From positions 4,177 through 68,176 of the forward strand of contig JAHBTI010000016.1 of the NCBI GenBank assembly GCA_019638705.1: 64,000 nucleotides of DNA. The letters are read 5' to 3'. Both the position numbers and the translations under genes were made by a program. Numbering within the stretch: position 1 is the first letter of the stretch; every line of letters starts with the position of its first letter. Shown here one piece after another: positions 58,105 to 64,000 of the stretch. Source of the stretch: Bacteroidota bacterium. GTDB lineage: Bacteria; Bacteroidota; Bacteroidia; B-17B0; Aurantibacillaceae. The notes under the pieces were generated by a model. The model saw only the letters and a program-made list of their open reading frames with translations. It did not search any database and had not been told where the DNA came from.

Positions 58105-61100
58105 TTACGCCTCTACTCCTTCTTCCTCTTTGCTTGCCATTAAGGCTTCGTACTCTTCTTTGCTGCCCACCACTAATTTTTCGTATTGACGCAAACCTGT
58201 ACCCGCAGGAATTAAGTGACCTACAATTACGTTTTCTTTCAAACCTAACAAGGTATCTACTTTTCCGTTTACAGAAGCCTCGTTCAGTACTTTAGTTGTT
58301 TCTTGGAACGATGCCGCTGAAATCCACGAATTGGTTTGCAACGATGCACGCGTAATACCTTGTAAAATAGGATTAGCCGTTGCAGGTACTGCATCACGCG
58401 CATCTACCGTTTTCTTATCGCGGCGTTTCAGTAACGAATTTTCATCGCGCAATTTGCGAGCGGTAATAATTTGTCCGCGTTTCAGTTCTTCGCTGTCGCC
58501 CGGTTCAATCACTACTTTTTTGCCGAAAATGTTATCGTTTTCAGTAAAGAAATCGGCTTTGTTAATCAGTTGTTGTTCCAAGAACATGGTATCGCCCGGG
58601 TCTTCAATTTCAACTTTGCGCATCATTTGGCGCACAATGGTTTCAAAGTGTTTATCGTTCAGCTTTTGTCCTTGTAAGCGATACACCTCCTGAATTTCGT
58701 TCACCAAATATTCCTGCACGGCGGTTGGTCCTTTAATTGCCAAAATATCAGCAGGACTGATTGCACCGTCAGACAAGGCATCGCCTGCTTTCACAAAATC
58801 GTTTTCCTGAACCAAAATGTGTTTGCTAAGGTTTACCAGGTAACGGCGTTGTTCGCCTGTTTTAGCTTCCACCATCACCTCACGGTTACCGCGTTTAATT
58901 TTACCGAATGTAACAATACCGTCAATTTCAGAAACTACGGCAGGGTTGCTCGGGTTACGCGCTTCAAACAATTCTGTTACGCGAGGCAAACCACCTGTGA
59001 TGTCGCCTGTTTTACCTGTAACACGAGGAATTTTTACGAGTACTTGTCCTGTTTCAATTTTTTGCCCTTCGTTAATAACAATGTGGGCACTAACAGGAAT
59101 GTTGTATGATTTCAACACTTCACCTTTTTTGTCCACAATGCGGATTAAAGGGTTCATGGTTTTATCACGGCTTTCAATAATTACTTTCTCTTTAAAGCCT
59201 GTTTGCTCGTCAGATTCTTCACGGTAAGTAACGTTTTCTTTAATGTGTTCAAACTCCACATTACCACCAAATTCAGAAACAATCACAGCGTTGTATGGGT
59301 CCCAATCACAAATTTTATCGCCTTTCTTCACTTTAGCACCTGCTTTGATGTATAAATTAGAGCCGTAAGGAATTGTTCCTGTTGTGAGGGTACTGCCTGT
59401 GTTTTCATCAACAATGCGCATTTCAGTTGAACGACCGATAACAATGTTTGCTTTAACACCTTCTTCGTTTACACGGGCTACGGTGCGTAGTTCGTCAATT
59501 TCAACAATACCGTCGTATTTAGCCACCACACTTGATGATGCTGCAATGTTAGAAGCCGTACCACCAACGTGGAATGTACGCAAGGTAAGCTGTGTACCCG
59601 GCTCACCGATAGATTGCGCCGCAATAACACCAACCGCTTCGCCCAACTGCACCAAACGACCGTTTGACAGGTTGCGTCCGTAACATTTAGCACAAACACC
59701 TGTACGGCTTTCGCAGGTTAATACCGAACGAATATCAACGGTTTCAATCGGTGATTTTTCAATAATTGAAGCCACATCTTCGGTAATAATTTCACCACCT
59801 GCCACAATCAGTTCGCCTGTACTCGGGTGGAACACATCGGTAACGGCAGTACGACCTAAGATACGGTCATATAACGATTCAACAACATCATCGTTGTTTT
59901 TCAACGCGCTCATGTTCAATCCGCGCAATGTACCGCAGTCGCTTTCGTTAATAATAACATCTTGCGCCACATCAACCAAACGGCGGGTTAAGTAACCGGC
60001 ATCGGCTGTTTTCAAGGCGGTATCTGCCAAACCTTTACGCGCACCGTGCGTTGAAATAAAGTATTCCAAAATTGACAAGCCTTCGCGGAAGTTTGACAAT
60101 ACAGGGTTTTCAATAATGGAAGCCGTTGTATCGCCCGCTTTTTGTGGTTTTGCCATCAAACCGCGCATACCGCTCAACTGTTTAATTTGTTCTTTAGAAC
60201 CACGCGCACCCGAATCCAACATCATATACACAGGGTTGAAACCTTGACGGTCTGTGCTTAATTTGTCAAGTACACGTTTAGTAACCTTAGAGTTGGCGTG
60301 TGTCCAAATATCAATGATTTGGTTGTAACGCTCGTTGTTGGTAATGAAACCCATATTATAGTTACTCATTACTTCATCAACTTCGGCTTGCGATTCTTTA
60401 ATAATTTTTTCTTTTTCGTCAGGCGTTTGAATATCGCCCAAGTTAAACGACAAACCACCTTTAAACGCTGTGGTAAATCCTAATTGCTTAATGTCATCAA
60501 GGAATTTGGCAGTTTTAGCCATTCCGGTTTTCTTAACCACCATACCGATAATATCGCGCAACGATTTTTTAGTCAATAGCTCGTTGATGTAACCAACTTC
60601 GTGAGGCACTACCATGTTAAACAACACGCGACCTGCGGTGGTATCAATAATTTTAGTAACTAATTCTTCGCCTTCCAACGCATTGGTGATTTTAATTTTG
60701 ATTTGCGCTTGCAAATCCAAACGCTTTTCGTTTATGGCAATCACCACTTCTTCCGCGCTGTAAAAAATTTTGCCTTCGCCTTTTACTGCATCATTCGGCA
60801 AATTCTTTTTCCCTTTGGTTAAGTAATACAAACCAAGCACCATGTCTTGCGAAGGCACAGCCACAGGCGCACCGTTAGAAGGATTTAAAATGTTATGCGA
60901 AGCCAACATCAAAATTTGTGCTTCCAAAATTGCGGCATTTCCTAATGGAACGTGAACCGCCATTTGGTCACCGTCAAAGTCGGCGTTAAACGCTGTACAA
61001 ACCAATGGGTGCAACTGAATGGCTTTTCCTTCAATCAATTTTGGCTGAAAGGCTTGAATACCTAATCTGTGCAATGTTGGGGCGCGGTTGAGTAGAACAG

Positions 61101-62394
61101 GGTGTCCTTTCAATACGTTTTCTAAAATATCCCAAACAATCGGTTCTTTTTTATCTACAATTTTTTTAGCGGATTTTACTGTTTTTACAATACCGCGCTC
61201 AATCATTTTGCGAATGATAAACGGCTTGAATAATTCAGCAGCCATTTCTTTCGGCAAACCACATTCGTGCAATTTTAATTCAGGACCTACAACAATTACC
61301 GAACGTGCAGAATAATCAACACGTTTACCCAACAAGTTTTGACGGAAACGTCCTTGCTTGCCTTTCAATGAATCTGACAAAGATTTCAGTGGACGATTGC
61401 TGTCGGTTTTCACGGCGTTTGATTTACGCGAGTTGTCAAACAATGAATCAACAGATTCCTGCAACATACGTTTTTCGTTACGCAAAATCACATCAGGTGC
61501 TTTAATCTCAATCAAACGTTTTAAACGGTTGTTGCGGATAATCACACGACGGTATAAATCGTTCAAATCAGAAGTTGCGAAACGTCCGCCGTCCAATGGA
61601 ACTAAAGGACGTAATTCAGGTGGAATTACAGGAACAACTTTCACTACCATCCATTCAGGTTTGTTTACCACATTTTGGTTTGCCTGACGGAATGCTTCAA
61701 TTACTTGCAAACGTTTCAACGCTTCGTTTTTGCGTTGTTGCGAAGTTTCGGTATTTGCTTTGTGGCGCAAGTCGTAAGACAATTCGTCTAACTGCAAACG
61801 CGATAATAAATCCTGAACAGCTTCAGCCCCCATTTTAGCGATGAATTTGTTAGGGTCTGCATCGTCCAACAATTGATTTTCTTTTGGAAGCGTATCTAAT
61901 ACATTCAAATATTCTTCTTCGGTTAAGAAGTCCAAATAATTTACCGTGCTTGCTGCGCCTGCGTTAATTACTACATAACGTTCGTAGTAAATAATCATGT
62001 CTAATTTTTTAGTAGGTAAACCCAACAAGTAACCAATTTTATTCGGCAACGAACGGAAATACCAAATATGTGCAACGGGAACTACCAAGTTAATGTGCCC
62101 CATGCGTTCGCGGCGCACTTTCTTTTCGGTTACTTCCACACCGCAGCGGTCGCACACAATGCCTTTGTAGCGAATACGTTTGTATTTACCGCAATGACAT
62201 TCGTAATCTTTTATCGGACCAAAAATACGCTCACAAAACAAACCGTCTCTTTCGGGTTTGTAGGTGCGGTAATTAATGGTTTCAGGTTTCAAAACTTCAC
62301 CGCTTGAACGCCTCAAAATGGTTTCGGGCGAAGCCAAGCTGATAGTGATTTTTGAGAAATTTGATTTTTGTTTATTATCTCTTCTTAACGCCAT
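58105..62394 (-). CDS. rpoC: RNA polymerase beta' subunit
   Basis: [22 protein letters not shown], zinc-binding Cys motifs; ATG 62394 preferred. Confidence 0.98.
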   Translation of the reverse strand: MALRRDNKQKSNFSKITISLASPETILRRSSGEVLKPETINYRTYKPERDGLFCERIFGPIKDYECHCGKYKRIRYKGIVCDRCGVEVTEKKVRRERMGHINLVVPVAHIWYFRSLPNKIGYLLGLPTKKLDMIIYYERYVVINAGAASTVNYLDFLTEEEYLNVLDTLPKENQLLDDADPNKFIAKMGAEAVQDLLSRLQLDELSYDLRHKANTETSQQRKNEALKRLQVIEAFRQANQNVVNKPEWMVVKVVPVIPPELRPLVPLDGGRFATSDLNDLYRRVIIRNNRLKRLIEIKAPDVILRNEKRMLQESVDSLFDNSRKSNAVKTDSNRPLKSLSDSLKGKQGRFRQNLLGKRVDYSARSVIVVGPELKLHECGLPKEMAAELFKPFIIRKMIERGIVKTVKSAKKIVDKKEPIVWDILENVLKGHPVLLNRAPTLHRLGIQAFQPKLIEGKAIQLHPLVCTAFNADFDGDQMAVHVPLGNAAILEAQILMLASHNILNPSNGAPVAVPSQDMVLGLYYLTKGKKNLPNDAVKGEGKIFYSAEEVVIAINEKRLDLQAQIKIKITNALEGEELVTKIIDTTAGRVLFNMVVPHEVGYINELLTKKSLRDIIGMVVKKTGMAKTAKFLDDIKQLGFTTAFKGGLSFNLGDIQTPDEKEKIIKESQAEVDEVMSNYNMGFITNNERYNQIIDIWTHANSKVTKRVLDKLSTDRQGFNPVYMMLDSGARGSKEQIKQLSGMRGLMAKPQKAGDTTASIIENPVLSNFREGLSILEYFISTHGARKGLADTALKTADAGYLTRRLVDVAQDVIINESDCGTLRGLNMSALKNNDDVVESLYDRILGRTAVTDVFHPSTGELIVAGGEIITEDVASIIEKSPIETVDIRSVLTCESRTGVCAKCYGRNLSNGRLVQLGEAVGVIAAQSIGEPGTQLTLRTFHVGGTASNIAASSSVVAKYDGIVEIDELRTVARVNEEGVKANIVIGRSTEMRIVDENTGSTLTTGTIPYGSNLYIKAGAKVKKGDKICDWDPYNAVIVSEFGGNVEFEHIKENVTYREESDEQTGFKEKVIIESRDKTMNPLIRIVDKKGEVLKSYNIPVSAHIVINEGQKIETGQVLVKIPRVTGKTGDITGGLPRVTELFEARNPSNPAVVSEIDGIVTFGKIKRGNREVMVEAKTGEQRRYLVNLSKHILVQENDFVKAGDALSDGAISPADILAIKGPTAVQEYLVNEIQEVYRLQGQKLNDKHFETIVRQMMRKVEIEDPGDTMFLEQQLINKADFFTENDNIFGKKVVIEPGDSEELKRGQIITARKLRDENSLLKRRDKKTVDARDAVPATANPILQGITRASLQTNSWISAASFQETTKVLNEASVNGKVDTLLGLKENVIVGHLIPAGTGLRQYEKLVVGSKEEYEALMASKEEEGVEA

Positions 62395-62432
62395 GTTCTT
62401 ATTTACAATTTTGTTATTTACCATTTACAATT

Positions 62433-62483
62433 TTGACGATTGGAAGATTTTCAATCGTAAATTGTAAATCTTCCAATCGTCAA
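62433..62483. repeat. 18-bp perfect inverted repeat between rpoB and rpoC
   Basis: TTGACGATTGGAAGATTT at 62433-62450 and AAATCTTCCAATCGTCAA at 62466-62483. Confidence 0.8.
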
Positions 62484-62490
62484 TAAATTT

Positions 62491-64000
62491 TTAGTCCATT
62501 GTTACTTCCAATGCCAAGCCTCTCAATTCATGCAACAATACGTTGAACGATTCAGGAATACCAGGAGTAGGAATGTTATCGCCTTTTACAATAGCTTCGT
62601 AGGCTTTCGCACGACCCATTACATCATCGGATTTTACGGTTAAGATTTCCTGCAACACGTTGGCAGCACCATAAGCTTCCAATGCCCAAACCTCCATTTC
62701 ACCAAAACGCTGACCACCGAATTGTGCTTTACCGCCCAAAGGTTGTTGTGTGATAAGTGAATATGGTCCGATTGAACGTGCGTGCATTTTATCATCAACC
62801 ATGTGTCCGAGTTTTAACATATAGATGATGCCCACAGTAGCAGGTTGGTCAAATTTTTCGCCTGTTCCGCCGTCGTACAAGTAAGTACGTCCGTATTGCG
62901 GAATACCTGCTTTTTGCGTGTACTCATCAATTTGTTCCATAGTAGCACCGTCAAAAATAGGAGTTGCAAATTTCAACCCTAATTTTTCGCCTGCCCAAGC
63001 CAGCACGGTTTCGTAAATCTGACCCAAGTTCATACGCGAAGGTACACCCAACGGGTTCAACACAATGTCCACAGGAGTTCCGTCTTCCAAAAACGGCATA
63101 TCTTCTTCTTTCACAATACGCGCTACGATACCTTTGTTACCGTGGCGACCAGCCATTTTATCACCCACTTTCAGTTTACGTTTTTGTGCAATGTAAACTT
63201 TAGCTAACTGTACAATGCCGTTTGGTAATTCGTCACCAACACTGATTTGGAATTTCTCGCGTTTGTATTTTCCTAAATAATCGTTGTATTTGATTAAGAA
63301 GTTATGCAACAAGCGTTCAATTTGTTCGTTTTTATCTTTGTCGGTTGTCCAGTTGCTCGGATTTACTTCGGTGTAATCAACACGCTCCAATAATTTTTGT
63401 GTAAATTTTGTTCCGCGGGGAATGACTTCTTCACCCAAAATATTGGTTACGCCCTGCGAAGTACGACCGTTTACGAGTTGAAACAATTTATCAACCAACT
63501 GTAATTTTAAGTTGTAATTGTTTTTTTCAAACTCAGTGTCTAATTTTTCAATCATCGGCTTTTCTTCTGCTTTGGCTTTTTTGTCTTTCACCACACGCGA
63601 GAATAATTTTTTATCCACAATTACACCTCTGATTGACGGTGGTACGCGCAACGAAGCATCTTTTACATCACCTGCTTTATCACCAAAAATGGCACGCAAT
63701 AATTTTTCTTCGGGGCTTGGGTCGGTTTCGCCTTTTGGCGTGATTTTACCAACCAAAATATCGCCTTCTTTTACTTCAGCACCAATGCGGATTACGCCTT
63801 TTTCGTCCAAATCTTTTGTAGCCTCTTCGCTTACGTTCGGAATATCAGGTGTTAATTCTTCCATGCCGCGTTTTGTGTCGCGCACTTCCAAAATATATTC
63901 GTCAATGTGCATGGAAGTGAAAATATCATCGCGCACAATTTTTTCGCTGATTACGATAGCATCTTCAAAGTTGTAACCTTTCCAAGGCATGAACGCTACT
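62491..64000 (-). CDS. rpoB: RNA polymerase beta subunit (3' part; start beyond the window)
   Basis: [37 protein letters not shown]. Confidence 0.98.
   Translation of the reverse strand, partial: VAFMPWKGYNFEDAIVISEKIVRDDIFTSMHIDEYILEVRDTKRGMEELTPDIPNVSEEATKDLDEKGVIRIGAEVKEGDILVGKITPKGETDPSPEEKLLRAIFGDKAGDVKDASLRVPPSIRGVIVDKKLFSRVVKDKKAKAEEKPMIEKLDTEFEKNNYNLKLQLVDKLFQLVNGRTSQGVTNILGEEVIPRGTKFTQKLLERVDYTEVNPSNWTTDKDKNEQIERLLHNFLIKYNDYLGKYKREKFQISVGDELPNGIVQLAKVYIAQKRKLKVGDKMAGRHGNKGIVARIVKEEDMPFLEDGTPVDIVLNPLGVPSRMNLGQIYETVLAWAGEKLGLKFATPIFDGATMEQIDEYTQKAGIPQYGRTYLYDGGTGEKFDQPATVGIIYMLKLGHMVDDKMHARSIGPYSLITQQPLGGKAQFGGQRFGEMEVWALEAYGAANVLQEILTVKSDDVMGRAKAYEAIVKGDNIPTPGIPESFNVLLHELRGLALEVTMD

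Noticed and set aside
157-63976. Numerous short antisense or overlapping ORFs within housekeeping and RHS genes
   Set aside because: They are shadow frames of long, well-supported genes and carry no independent motifs.

Overview
A Bacteroidota chromosomal segment, judged from T9SS C-terminal sorting domains, TAnnTTTG -7 promoter boxes and gene content. The backbone is housekeeping: ettA, prs, rplY, fbp, an APC permease, an S41 protease, uvrD/pcrA, two M16 peptidases, coaD, yajC, coaE, an S46 peptidase, dnaG, birA, rsfS, ftsH, an M48 protease, rpoC and partial rpoB. A ~21.5 kb integrative element (5226-26707) sits in the 3' end of tRNA-Leu(CAA), bounded by a GTAC core at each end, and encodes a large serine recombinase. 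Integration splits the recombinase gene: an in-frame alternative C-terminus lies at the far (left) end and would be rejoined on excision. The cargo is two AT-rich genes bounded by attC-like sites (coiled-coil membrane protein, KAP NTPase), a decayed RecA-like ATPase, an AraC regulator, a secreted triad (spike-like protein, small T9SS protein, SpvB/FG-GAP/RHS toxin with an HExxH tip) and its immunity gene. Behind these lies the most unusual structure: an array in which REP-type hairpin elements directly abut short 3' stubs of other toxin genes plus their intact putative immunity genes, with a REP-associated HUH tyrosine transposase (RAYT, one nonsense codon) in the middle. This looks like a RAYT/REP-built collection of orphan immunity genes. 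No CRISPR, rRNA, reverse transcriptase, conjugation or phage structural module was seen. All family assignments are motif recognition by eye, not database searches.
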